A DNA stretch of 27,156 bases. Source: a virus (Duplodnaviria; Caudoviricetes). Both the position numbers and the translations under genes were made by a program. Of the stretch, positions 1 through 7,803 are shown in pieces; within the stretch, counting starts at the first letter, position 1, and each line of letters opens with the position of its first letter. The DNA lies in the IMG/VR virus record IMGVR_UViG_3300037458_001663, positions 1 to 27,156 of that record; one strand, 5' to 3'. The notes beneath the pieces were generated by a model that made no database searches, was not told the origin of the DNA, and saw only the letters and a program-made list of their open reading frames with translations.

Positions 1-837
1 TGGGATGGCGTGACCCGCATCCCGACGTTCTTCCAGGATTTCTGTGGAACGCCGTTGACCCCGTACAGCACGGCGGTGGCCAATTCGATGTTCGTCTCGG
101 CGATTGCCCGCGTGATGCAGCCCGGCTGCAAAGTCGACACCATGGTGGTCTTTGAGGGCGCGCAAGGCATCGGCAAATCGAAGTTGGTGCAGGCGATGTT
201 TGGGACGCGCTGGCATTGCGACATCACGCAGGAACCCGGCTCCCTGGACTTCTACCAGAATTTACGCGGCAAATGGATCGGGGAATTCTCCGAACTGTCG
301 GCGATGGGCAAGGCGGACCAGAACCGGGTCAAGCAAGCGCTCACCCAGACCCAGGACACCTACCGCGCCAGCTACGCCCACTACTCCCGCACTTATCCAC
401 GTCAATTCATCTTCACCGGCAACACCAACAAAGCCGACTACCTCTTTGACGAAACCGGCGCCCGCCGTTACCTCCCCATCGAATGCCATGAGATCAATGC
501 GGAAGCGGTTGAGCCGCTGCGCGATCAACTGTGGGCAGAAGCCGTGCAGCGTTACCAGGCCGGCAACATCTGGTGGAACATCCCGGACGCTGACCGCGAG
601 CAGGAGAAGCGTTATCAAGTAGACAGTTGGGAGGATTACGTCAAGCCGTGGCTGAAAGGGCGCGCCCAGGTCACGATGAGCGAAATTCTGGAAGAGGCGC
701 TTAGCCTCAAGATTGATCGCCATGACCGCTCCTCGCAAACACGCGTCGGCGCCATCCTGCGGCGGCTGGGCTGGGTAGCGAAGCGGGACAGCACCGGCGA
801 CCGCCAGCGCTATTACGTTAAGAAAACAAGGACTTGA
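1..837 (+). CDS. VapE (virulence-associated protein E)-family primase/helicase, C-terminal ATPase part (5' truncated)
   Basis: Frame open from base 1 (WDGVTRIPTFF); PGCKVDTMVVFEGAQGIGKS Walker A, WIGEFSEL Walker B, GNTN..YLFDETGARRY and RDQLWAEA motifs typical of VapE. Confidence 0.92.
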   Translation, partial: WDGVTRIPTFFQDFCGTPLTPYSTAVANSMFVSAIARVMQPGCKVDTMVVFEGAQGIGKSKLVQAMFGTRWHCDITQEPGSLDFYQNLRGKWIGEFSELSAMGKADQNRVKQALTQTQDTYRASYAHYSRTYPRQFIFTGNTNKADYLFDETGARRYLPIECHEINAEAVEPLRDQLWAEAVQRYQAGNIWWNIPDADREQEKRYQVDSWEDYVKPWLKGRAQVTMSEILEEALSLKIDRHDRSSQTRVGAILRRLGWVAKRDSTGDRQRYYVKKTRT

Positions 838-1087
838 CCAACCTTGTCCAACCTTGTCCAACTTTTCGTCCAACCTTTTAACGCTAATTGTTATTTGGAT
901 CAATGACATGTCCAACCTCGTCCAACCTATCCTCGCGCGCGCGTATTACATGCACTGCCGTTTACAGCGTAGAGCATTTTATGTTTTTTCTTAAAGGTTG
1001 GACGAGGTTGGACATGATGATGATTATTAAAAGAAAAAAAGTCGTCCAACCTCAAAAAAGGTTATCCAAGGTTGGACAAGGTTGGAC
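836..1087. repeat. Iteron array / putative replication origin (GTCCAACCT units in both orientations)
   Basis: Forward units at 836, 846, 856, 868, 910, 920, 1044; reverse units (AGGTTGGAC) at 995, 1005, 1069, 1079; perfect 22-bp inverted repeat 907-928/995-1016; AT-rich spacers. Confidence 0.8.
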
Positions 1088-1119
1088 GGGTTAATGATTG
1101 TTCAAGAAAAGGGAAAAGT

Positions 1120-1320
1120 ATGAGCGGACCTAATTCGCTCTGGACCACGAATGACGAACTGAAATTCGTGCAACGCCTCGCCACGATGCAGCAAGTCGCC
1201 CAGAGAAGGCCGTTGTTAGAGGGCTATTTGGCCGGTTTCAGGCGACGGGTGAACTGGGGCGATATAGGCCCTCAGGCAGTGCGGGAAGCGGCTGAAAAGG
1301 CCCTGGAGTTCCTGCAATGA
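1120..1320 (+). CDS. Hypothetical phage protein (66 aa, MSGPNSLW...)
   Basis: ATG at 1120 after a purine-rich run; ATGA overlap with next gene; the 1072 start falls within the iteron array. Confidence 0.65.
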   Translation: MSGPNSLWTTNDELKFVQRLATMQQVAQRRPLLEGYLAGFRRRVNWGDIGPQAVREAAEKALEFLQ

Positions 1321-1553
1321 GCGCATCTACAAGCATCGCCGACAGCCGGGCGCAATTTGCCTCGTTCCTGCCGGAATTGCAGGCGGCCATGAAAGCCGCG
1401 GCCCGGCGCTATGACTGGGACGGGGAGACCTGGTCGATGCAGACCATTCTGCTGGCCCAAACGATTGAGCGCAGCGGTTATGACCCGAAAGTCATCGCGG
1501 CCCTGGCCGCCGCCTACCGGGACGCCCCGGCGCTGCTGAAGGAGGCTGCGTAA
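1317..1553 (+). CDS. Hypothetical phage protein
   Basis: ATGA and TAATG coupling on both sides; SD embedded in terminal EAA codons. Confidence 0.75.
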   Translation: MSASTSIADSRAQFASFLPELQAAMKAAARRYDWDGETWSMQTILLAQTIERSGYDPKVIAALAAAYRDAPALLKEAA

Positions 1554-1882
1554 TGCCGGTGGACTGGACGCTGTACCCGAAAGATTGGACCGCGATCAGC
1601 CGCGCTATCCGTGAACGAGCGGGCGATTGTTGCGAAGGCAGCCCGGCGTATCCGCGATGCCGCGCCCGCAACGGCGAACCCCATCCGGTGACCGGCAGTC
1701 GCGTCGTCCTTACCGTGGCGCACCTCGATCATGATCCCAGCAATAGCGCTGATGACAACCTCCGCGCCTGGTGCCAGCGATGCCACCTCACCTATGACGC
1801 CCAGCACCATGCCGATACGCGACGGCGCCGCGCCCGGCTCCTGCGGTCTGTGCAGCAACCGGATTTCTGGGAGGCGGCATGA
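1553..1882 (+). CDS. HNH endonuclease-like Zn-binding protein
   Basis: YPKDW..IS..IRERAG.CCE and LTVAHLDHDPSN...NLRAWCQRCH motif. Confidence 0.85.
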   Translation: MPVDWTLYPKDWTAISRAIRERAGDCCEGSPAYPRCRARNGEPHPVTGSRVVLTVAHLDHDPSNSADDNLRAWCQRCHLTYDAQHHADTRRRRARLLRSVQQPDFWEAA

Positions 1883-2028
1883 TGGACGCGTTGATCATTC
1901 CCCTGTCCCTGCTGGCCGGGTTCCTGCTGGGCTACCCGGATGAAGTGGTTGCCGCGGGTACGATCTGTGCCTGCATGTCCCGGTTCATTGTGGAAACGGT
2001 ACTTGAATGCCTGGAGGCTTGGCGATGA
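1879..2028 (+). CDS. Small hydrophobic protein, 49 aa (not in ORF track)
   Basis: Translated by hand: MMDALIIPLSLLAGFLLGYPDEVVAAGTICACMSRFIVETVLECLEAWR; GGAGG SD and ATGA overlaps at both ends. Confidence 0.65.
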   Translation: MMDALIIPLSLLAGFLLGYPDEVVAAGTICACMSRFIVETVLECLEAWR

Positions 2029-2273
2029 GCGATCCGATGTTGACGCGCATCGTGGCGACGTACTGGCAGAATCAGGATGACGCCTATGACAACGAACCGG
2101 GCGTCGATCAAGTTTTGACCCTGACCATCGAAACCGCCGGGGCCGGGCCGTACCTCGTGGTGAGTACGGAGCGCTGGGCCATGGATCATCCCAAGGAACT
2201 GCATCGGCTGATGAAGGCGTTTGTCGCCGCCGGTAAACCGCTGTTCGAGAAACCGCCATGCCTTTCAAATTGA
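2025..2273 (+). CDS. Hypothetical phage protein (MSDPMLTRIVATY...)
   Basis: GGAGG SD before ATG 2025, ATGA overlap with upstream ORF. Confidence 0.7.
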   Translation: MSDPMLTRIVATYWQNQDDAYDNEPGVDQVLTLTIETAGAGPYLVVSTERWAMDHPKELHRLMKAFVAAGKPLFEKPPCLSN

Positions 2274-2650
2274 CCGCGCGGCGGGCGCTGGAACACGAAG
2301 AGCAGACGGCGCTGTTCGCCTGGGCCAAGGTCGAGGCGCGGCGCGATCCGCGCCTGGAGCTGCTGTATGCCGTACCCAACGGCATGGCCGCCTCCAGCCT
2401 CGCCGAGGCCAGCCGGGCCAAGCGGACAGGCATGAAAGCCGGAGTGCCGGATATTTGCCTGCCGGTGCCAGCCCATGGATTCCATGGCCTGTACATCGAA
2501 TTGAAGCGCACCGGCGGAACTCCGCTTGACGTGAAACCGGAACAGTCCCGCTGGCTGGAGCGATTGAACTTGCAACACTACCGCGCGGTAGTCGCGTATG
2601 GCTGGCAGGACGCCATGAATTACATTCAACAGTACTTGGAGGTTACATGA
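2258..2650 (+). CDS. VRR-NUC domain nuclease (PD-(D/E)XK; likely junction resolvase)
   Basis: EHEEQ...VPNG...GMKAGVPDI...GLYIELK...EQ..WL..L signature. Confidence 0.9.
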   Translation: MPFKLTARRALEHEEQTALFAWAKVEARRDPRLELLYAVPNGMAASSLAEASRAKRTGMKAGVPDICLPVPAHGFHGLYIELKRTGGTPLDVKPEQSRWLERLNLQHYRAVVAYGWQDAMNYIQQYLEVT

Positions 2651-2922
2651 ACACCGATACCCGAAAGACCCTGCTGAACCTCATTACCGAGTACGGGAAC
2701 TGCCTGACCCGCATCGAAGGCGAGAAGGACATGATCAAGTTCATTGAAGCGCGCGCGGTCACCGAGTGCGGCATTGCCGGCAAGGCGTTCAAGATCGTGG
2801 CGACCGCTCACCACAAAGACCAGGTCGGCATGGTACTCGACGAACTGAACCGGCAAGTCGATTTGTTTGATGAAGTCCGCGACCTGTCCCGCAACACCAT
2901 CAGCCTGGTGCAAGCGGCATGA
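2647..2922 (+). CDS. T4 DsbA / GapR-like dsDNA-binding protein
   Basis: IKFIEARAVTECGIAGKAF...HHKD...VDLFDEV resembles the remembered T4 DsbA pattern IKDIRIRAKDELGVDGKMF...YHKD...VELYDTV; similar size. Confidence 0.7.
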   Translation: MNTDTRKTLLNLITEYGNCLTRIEGEKDMIKFIEARAVTECGIAGKAFKIVATAHHKDQVGMVLDELNRQVDLFDEVRDLSRNTISLVQAA

Positions 2923-3047
2923 TGCGCATCCTGGAATTCCTGGAATTGCTGGCTCTGGTGATTCTGGTTCCGTTTCTGATCTTTGTGGTTGCGCCTTTTG
3001 GCCTGGCCTGGCTGGTGGGGCGCATCGCCGGAGCCTGCTTATCATGA
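2919..3047 (+). CDS. Small membrane protein, 42 aa (not in ORF track)
   Basis: MMRILEFLELLALVILVPFLIFVVAPFGLAWLVGRIAGACLS; ATGA overlaps at both ends. Confidence 0.6.
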   Translation: MMRILEFLELLALVILVPFLIFVVAPFGLAWLVGRIAGACLS

Positions 3048-3241
3048 AACCGCTGCGCGTGAATGAACTGCGGGAGGTCGCGAATCGCCGGCTGGTCTGT
3101 GCCCCACTGGACTGCGCCTGTGAGGCGGATTGTTTCCGCCTCGCGCAAGCGTTGTTGCAATTACTTCCAGAACCCCTACCGGAAACGTCGGATGATCCCG
3201 ACGTAATTACTGACTATGCCCCCGACTGGGGAGCAGCATGA
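3044..3241 (+). CDS. Hypothetical protein (MKPLRVNELRE..., Cys cluster)
   Basis: Coupled ATG at 3044 in the frame of track ORF 2867..3241. Confidence 0.6.
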   Translation: MKPLRVNELREVANRRLVCAPLDCACEADCFRLAQALLQLLPEPLPETSDDPDVITDYAPDWGAA

Positions 3242-3286
3242 CATTGCCTGGTTTTTTTTTGTTTTTAGTCATTGGAGTAAATCAGC

Positions 3287-3631
3287 ATGAAAACTCCGGA
3301 AGGAATGACTCCAGTCCTAACTGAAATCGCCGCGTTGTTTAGCGACACGCTACAAAAATACCACGACCAAAAAACGGCGGAATGCCTGGCGTTGACGCTG
3401 ATTAACGATCTAAAAAACAATTTTTCAGCGCAGTCGATTTACATCCCCCGAGGCGACCTGGAACGACGCCGCCGCGATGCGGCGATTCGCGCCTGCTTTG
3501 AGGCCGGGCTGAATCGCCGGGAATTAGCTCGGCGGTTCGGCCTGTCCGTCACGCAGATTTACGCTATTTTGCCCGCTGGACGAAGCTGCCTGCCTCCCGG
3601 AAATCGGCTTGCCGTCACCCAGGCCAGTTGA
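3287..3631 (+). CDS. Mor/C-family transcription activator (probable late activator)
   Basis: FSAQSIYIPRG...RDAAIRACF..G.N.RELARRFGLS..QIY.IL matches the Mu Mor/C HTH; GGAG SD; lies directly before the lysis genes like Mu C. Confidence 0.92.
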   Translation: MKTPEGMTPVLTEIAALFSDTLQKYHDQKTAECLALTLINDLKNNFSAQSIYIPRGDLERRRRDAAIRACFEAGLNRRELARRFGLSVTQIYAILPAGRSCLPPGNRLAVTQAS

Positions 3632-3643
3632 ATGAAGCTCCTG

Positions 3644-3692
3644 CTTTTTTTCATCTTGTTGAAAAGCGCAGTGCGCGCGATTCCGTCAAGAT
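3644..3692 (+). promoter_or_regulatory. Putative Mor/C-activated late promoter 1 (Plys-like)
   Basis: Dyad TTTTCA-N6-TGAAAA (3648-3665), GCGCGCGAT, -10-like CAAGAT (3687-3692); near-copy at 12556-12603. Confidence 0.65.
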
Positions 3693-3725
3693 AAGTCGCC
3701 CCATCCATGCTCACCCGAGGCCCTT

Positions 3726-3953
3726 ATGACCCCAGCCTTTACTGGTGACGAAACAGTTTCCCCGGTTGCCCAACTGCGCTCCGAAATTGCGCAAGCGCTG
3801 CACTGCCCGGTGATTGTGGACAGCCTCGCTCGTAAATTGCTCGAGGAATGCAGCAAAGCGCTGGGATATCTGGAGCGGGAAGCCGCGTACTGGCGCCGAG
3901 AATGGCAAGCCTCGGAAGAACTGTACTGGGCGGAAACTAACGATGGCAAGTGA
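3726..3953 (+). CDS. Hypothetical protein, first gene of late operon
   Basis: GAGG SD, overlaps endolysin start. Confidence 0.65.
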   Translation: MTPAFTGDETVSPVAQLRSEIAQALHCPVIVDSLARKLLEECSKALGYLEREAAYWRREWQASEELYWAETNDGK

Positions 3954-4407
3954 ACTGAAACTGTCCCTGGAAGGGGCTGCCTTCATCGCCCGGTTTGAGG
4001 GATTCCATGCTGCGGCGTATCGCTGCCCGGCGGGAAAGCCGACCATCGGCTATGGCCACACCATTCGCCCTGGCGAGTATTTTGAAGCCGTCAGCCGTGA
4101 ACAGGCGCTGGTATTACTGCAACGCGATGCCGATCGGGAAGCAGCGCCCGTGAGTCGGGCGCTGGATCGAGCGCTGGCCTCGTATCAGCAGGACGCGCTG
4201 ATCAGCCTGGCGTTCAACTGTGGCGGAACGGCGATTGCCCTCAGTCATTTGGTGCGTCGGCTCAACCAGGGACTGTTCAGTGATGCCGCGGATGAATTCC
4301 TGCGCTGGGATAAAGCGACCGTGAAGGGTAGAAAAGTTTCTCTTCCTGGCCTGGTTCGCCGCCGCGAAGCCGAGCGCCAACTGTTTCTGACCGGGGAATA
4401 CGCATGA
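3943..4407 (+). CDS. Endolysin, GH24 lysozyme
   Basis: FEG....YRCPAGKPTIGYGH (E-x8-C-x5-T), DALISLAFNCG, GLVRRREAERQLF; likely start MASELK at 3943. Confidence 0.95.
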   Translation: MASELKLSLEGAAFIARFEGFHAAAYRCPAGKPTIGYGHTIRPGEYFEAVSREQALVLLQRDADREAAPVSRALDRALASYQQDALISLAFNCGGTAIALSHLVRRLNQGLFSDAADEFLRWDKATVKGRKVSLPGLVRRREAERQLFLTGEYA

Positions 4408-4745
4408 ACTGGGCATTGAACCGCCTGCGGGAAGCATCGACTTGGCGCGGCCTGGTGTGGCTGTTGACCGTTTCGGGCGTCGCGCTCAGGCCCGACCAGG
4501 TCGAGGCGATCGTGCTGTTTGGCATGGCGCTGGCGGGTCTGCTGGGCGTGTTCCTGAAAGATGAGATTCGCTCGCCGGAGACACGAACCCGTGAAACTGA
4601 CTTGCCGCCGATTGACCTGCAAGGTCGCGCTACTGATACTGTCAGCCCTGACGAATGGATGCACATTGTTGTGCCACCCCGGCATCGCAATACTGAGTAC
4701 GATGAGCGCGGACTGCCTCCCGATCACCCCGGCTGGGGTGGTTGA
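4404..4745 (+). CDS. Putative holin
   Basis: RLREASTWRGL motif, two hydrophobic segments, hydrophilic tail; coupled to endolysin. Confidence 0.7.
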   Translation: MNWALNRLREASTWRGLVWLLTVSGVALRPDQVEAIVLFGMALAGLLGVFLKDEIRSPETRTRETDLPPIDLQGRATDTVSPDEWMHIVVPPRHRNTEYDERGLPPDHPGWGG

Positions 4746-4784
4746 ATCGATTGAATCTCTGACGTGGACGTGTGAGCTACCTTA

Positions 4785-5024
4785 ATGCAAACCTTGTGGA
4801 TCAAAGCGCTGGAAACCCTGGTACAAGCGATTGCCGGGCGGATGAACTACCAAAACATCAAGGGATTGGTGGAGCAGATCAACGACAGCGCATTATCGGG
4901 CGATGAAAAGCGTGATCTGGTGATTGATGAAGCCCGCGCCATGGGGGTCGCCATCGCGTCCGCCATGCTGAATTTGCTGATTGAGGTCGCCGTCAATGCC
5001 GTGCGCGCTCGCCGTGCAAAATGA
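4785..5024 (+). CDS. Hypothetical lysis-region protein
   Basis: ORF fills the gap in the operon; SGDEKR...LNLLIEVAV pattern recalls small lysis-cassette proteins. Confidence 0.7.
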   Translation: MQTLWIKALETLVQAIAGRMNYQNIKGLVEQINDSALSGDEKRDLVIDEARAMGVAIASAMLNLLIEVAVNAVRARRAK

Positions 5025-5403
5025 AACGGAAGTCAACTGGGATGACGAGCCGGTGAATCTTCGGAAACCGTCTGATCCCGAGCGCCGGTCGGGCTATGAC
5101 CGCCGCGATCCCACGGACAGCGCCCGGCAAATGCGCATGGAGGTGGAGCGGGAATCACGGGAGAAAATTCATCGCTTGTTCGCCGCCATCGCCGAACGCG
5201 ACCTGGTGATTGCGGAATTGAAAGCCGACATCGCTGAATTGCGGAAATGGCAAACCACCAAGGAGCCGGTATTGTCGGCGGCTGATCAAGTGGTGTCGGC
5301 CGGCGCGGCTTTCACCTGGGTGATCAAGCTGATTATTGGCATCACGATGCTGATCGGCGGACTGGCCGGCACGCATGAAATCCTGCGGCGATGGACGCAA
5401 TAA
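5014..5403 (+). CDS. Coiled-coil protein with C-terminal TM helix (start uncertain: GTG 5014 or ATG 4996)
   Basis: ERRSGYDRR, heptad region, then FTWVIKLIIGITMLIGGLAG. Confidence 0.7.
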   Translation: MQNETEVNWDDEPVNLRKPSDPERRSGYDRRDPTDSARQMRMEVERESREKIHRLFAAIAERDLVIAELKADIAELRKWQTTKEPVLSAADQVVSAGAAFTWVIKLIIGITMLIGGLAGTHEILRRWTQ

Positions 5404-5873
5404 ATAAAGCCTGCGCCTGGTGCGACAAGATGCGGCCCCTTGCGATGGTCTGCCTCAGCGCCCTGGCTGTGGGGTTGTTCGCTTACGGCGCGTATACCAT
5501 TCGATCCTGGATTCAGGATACCAGTCCGGCGATCGAATATCTGAAAGGGGAAATCAGCGCGCCTGTTGCCCGGCCGGATGACCTGATGATCGCGTATCTG
5601 GATATTCGCAAGCTCAAGAACTGTTCCGGCGTCGTGCAACGGCGACTGACTGGGGACTGCGGCGAACATCTTTTATCAGAGACTGCGGCCTATTTACCTG
5701 AGGGGTTCGTGGGACGAGTAACCCTGTCGTTCCAAGTGCCAGCAACGGTGATCCCTGGCGACTGTGCGTTCGTGGTGCATAGCTGGTTTGTCTGCAACCC
5801 GATTGATCTGTTCCGGGACCGGCATTATCAAAGCCAACCTATCCCCTTTCGAGTGTTGCGCTATGACGAATAA
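5391..5873 (+). CDS. N-terminally anchored membrane protein, Cys-containing soluble domain
   Basis: TM LAMVCLSALAVGLFAYGAY followed by a beta-rich domain with 4 Cys. Confidence 0.75.
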   Translation: MDAINKACAWCDKMRPLAMVCLSALAVGLFAYGAYTIRSWIQDTSPAIEYLKGEISAPVARPDDLMIAYLDIRKLKNCSGVVQRRLTGDCGEHLLSETAAYLPEGFVGRVTLSFQVPATVIPGDCAFVVHSWFVCNPIDLFRDRHYQSQPIPFRVLRYDE

Positions 5874-6039
5874 AATCCTGTGGGGGACTGTGGTCATAAT
5901 GTGGGTTGTTTGGTCAGCGGATTATTTCTATTTCCGCCACCAGGGCGCGCGCTTCACCGCAGCCCACGGACAGGCCCTGTGCCTGCGCGTCCAGGCCCTG
6001 GAGCCATCGCCAGCCCCTTGCCACTATGCGCCCCACTAA
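5863..6039 (+). CDS. Small membrane protein (MTNKILWGTVV..., 58 aa)
   Basis: ATG 5863 overlaps upstream gene; N-terminal TM; two Cys. Confidence 0.6.
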   Translation: MTNKILWGTVVIMWVVWSADYFYFRHQGARFTAAHGQALCLRVQALEPSPAPCHYAPH

Positions 6040-6050
6040 CAGGATGCCTT

Positions 6051-6461
6051 ATGACGACGTTACCGCCTAAACAACAAGCCTTCGTGGAGCATTACGCCGC
6101 CTGCGGAAACGCGACCGAAGCGGCGCTGAAAGCGGGGTATTCCGAACGATACGCGGGAACGAATACTCGAAAATTACTAAACAATACTAAAATTAAAACA
6201 GCTATAACAGAATTGAACAGCCAGGTTTCTAATTCGCGAATTGCCAACGCCAAAGAACGCCAAGAGTTCTGGACGGCAGTCATGCGCGGCGACGTCGGGT
6301 ATGAAGCGGATATGAAAGACCGACTGAAGGCCAGCGAATTGCTGGGCAAAGCGAAGGGCGATTTTATCGACGAGTCGCCCGCTGCCACCACGATCAACAA
6401 TCTGTGGATTACCCCAGAAATACTGCGCACGATCCGCGAGGTGGTCTATGGCCTCGCGTAA
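6051..6461 (+). CDS. terS: Terminase small subunit (Terminase_2 / SPP1-Sf6 type)
   Basis: KQQAFVEHY...GNATEAALKAGYS HTH; DRLKASELLGK; AGGA SD before ATG 6051. Confidence 0.93.
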   Translation: MTTLPPKQQAFVEHYAACGNATEAALKAGYSERYAGTNTRKLLNNTKIKTAITELNSQVSNSRIANAKERQEFWTAVMRGDVGYEADMKDRLKASELLGKAKGDFIDESPAATTINNLWITPEILRTIREVVYGLA

Positions 6462-7803
6462 GAAAATCCCTTCGGCTTCGTCTGTTCTCTACCCCTACCA
6501 GAAGCGCTGGTTGGAGGATCGCGTCCGCTATAAGATCGGCCTGTTTGCCCGGCAAGTGGGCAAGACCTTCACCGCCACACTGGAAATCATCCTGGACTGC
6601 CTGGAAGCGGAAAGCCGGGGTCTAAAGCGCCGCTGGGTGATCCTGTCTCGCGGCGAACGCCAAGCCAAAGAAGCCATGGATGAAGGGATTCAGCGCCATT
6701 TGTCGGCGATGAAAGTGATTTTTGACTGCATCGAATACGATTGGACGCCGGACGTTAAAGCGCTGGAAGTGGGTCTGCCCGGCGGCTCGCGGATTACCGC
6801 CCTGCCCGCCAATCCCGACACGGCGCGCGGCTTCTCCGCCAATGTATTGCTCGATGAGTTTGCGTTCCATCAGGACAGCTACAAAATCTGGCAAGCGTTG
6901 TTCCCCGTCATCAGCGCCGGTCACCTGCTGCGGGTCGTCAGCACGCCGAACGGCAAGAGCAATAAATTCTACGAACTGATGACCGCCCGCGAACTCGACG
7001 CCGTCTGGTCGCGGCATATCGTGGACATCCACACCGCCGTGGCTGAGGGCCTGCCCCGCGACATCGCCGAATTGCAAGCGGGTATTAACGACGCCGACGC
7101 CTGGGCGCAGGAATACGAACTCCAGTGGCTGGATGAAGCCAGCGCCTGGCTATCCTACGAACTCATTGACCGCTGCGAAGATGTGGATGCAGGACTGCCG
7201 GACGCCTATAGCTATGGCCCCTGCTTTGTGGGCGTCGATATTGGCGTCCGTCATGACCTGTTCGTGATCTGGGTGCTGGAAGCTGTGGGTGATGTCTTAT
7301 GGACGCGCGAAATTATCGCTCGCCAGCGCGTCCCCTTCACCGAACAGGACGCCCTGTTGGCGGACTGCTTTTGCCGGTATCGCGTCGTCCGGTGCTGCAT
7401 GGATCAAAGCAGTATTGGCGAAAAACCGGTCGAAGACGCCCAGATCCGGCATGGCCGCTATCGGGTGGAAGGGGTGCTGTTTACCGGAGCCAGCAAATTG
7501 ACGCTGGCCACCACCGGCAAGGAAGCCTTTGAAGACCGCAAGGTGCGCATCCCCAAAGGCGCGCGCGAAATCCGCGAGGACCTGCACAAGCTGAAAAAAG
7601 TCACCAGCCCGACCGGCGCGCCGCGCTTCATCGCCGAACGGGACAGCGACGGCCATGCTGATCGCGCCTGGGCGCTGTTCCTGGCGCTGTACGCCGCCGA
7701 ATCGCCGCCGGAAATCTACGCCTATCAAGCCGTCCCTCGCCGCGCCGCGTCGTTCTCGGCAGGGATTCAGAATCGCCACGGCTTTGCCCGAGGACTGTTT
7801 TAA
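6448..7803 (+). CDS. terL: Terminase large subunit (Mu gp28-like)
   Basis: LYPYQ, ARQVGKT Walker A, LLDEFAF Walker B, VSTPNG, GVDIG and HADRAWA nuclease motifs. Confidence 0.96.
   Translation: MASRKKIPSASSVLYPYQKRWLEDRVRYKIGLFARQVGKTFTATLEIILDCLEAESRGLKRRWVILSRGERQAKEAMDEGIQRHLSAMKVIFDCIEYDWTPDVKALEVGLPGGSRITALPANPDTARGFSANVLLDEFAFHQDSYKIWQALFPVISAGHLLRVVSTPNGKSNKFYELMTARELDAVWSRHIVDIHTAVAEGLPRDIAELQAGINDADAWAQEYELQWLDEASAWLSYELIDRCEDVDAGLPDAYSYGPCFVGVDIGVRHDLFVIWVLEAVGDVLWTREIIARQRVPFTEQDALLADCFCRYRVVRCCMDQSSIGEKPVEDAQIRHGRYRVEGVLFTGASKLTLATTGKEAFEDRKVRIPKGAREIREDLHKLKKVTSPTGAPRFIAERDSDGHADRAWALFLALYAAESPPEIYAYQAVPRRAASFSAGIQNRHGFARGLF

Noticed and set aside
836-1087. CRISPR array, or the ORFs 888..1094 and the 1072 start
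   Set aside because: Units are only 9-10 bp, in both orientations, with no regular spacers or cas genes; the ORFs are translations of the repeats
1317-3241. Repeated C-terminal EAA/QAA/GAA endings as a protein motif or degron
   Set aside because: Mostly explained by SD-like GGAGGC sequences and ATGA translational coupling; a ClpXP-type AA degron cannot be excluded but has no other support
3943-4407. SAR endolysin, suggested by Cys in place of the catalytic Asp as in P1 Lyz
   Set aside because: N-terminus is short and charged with no SAR segment; the E-x8-C-x5-T variant is common in GH24
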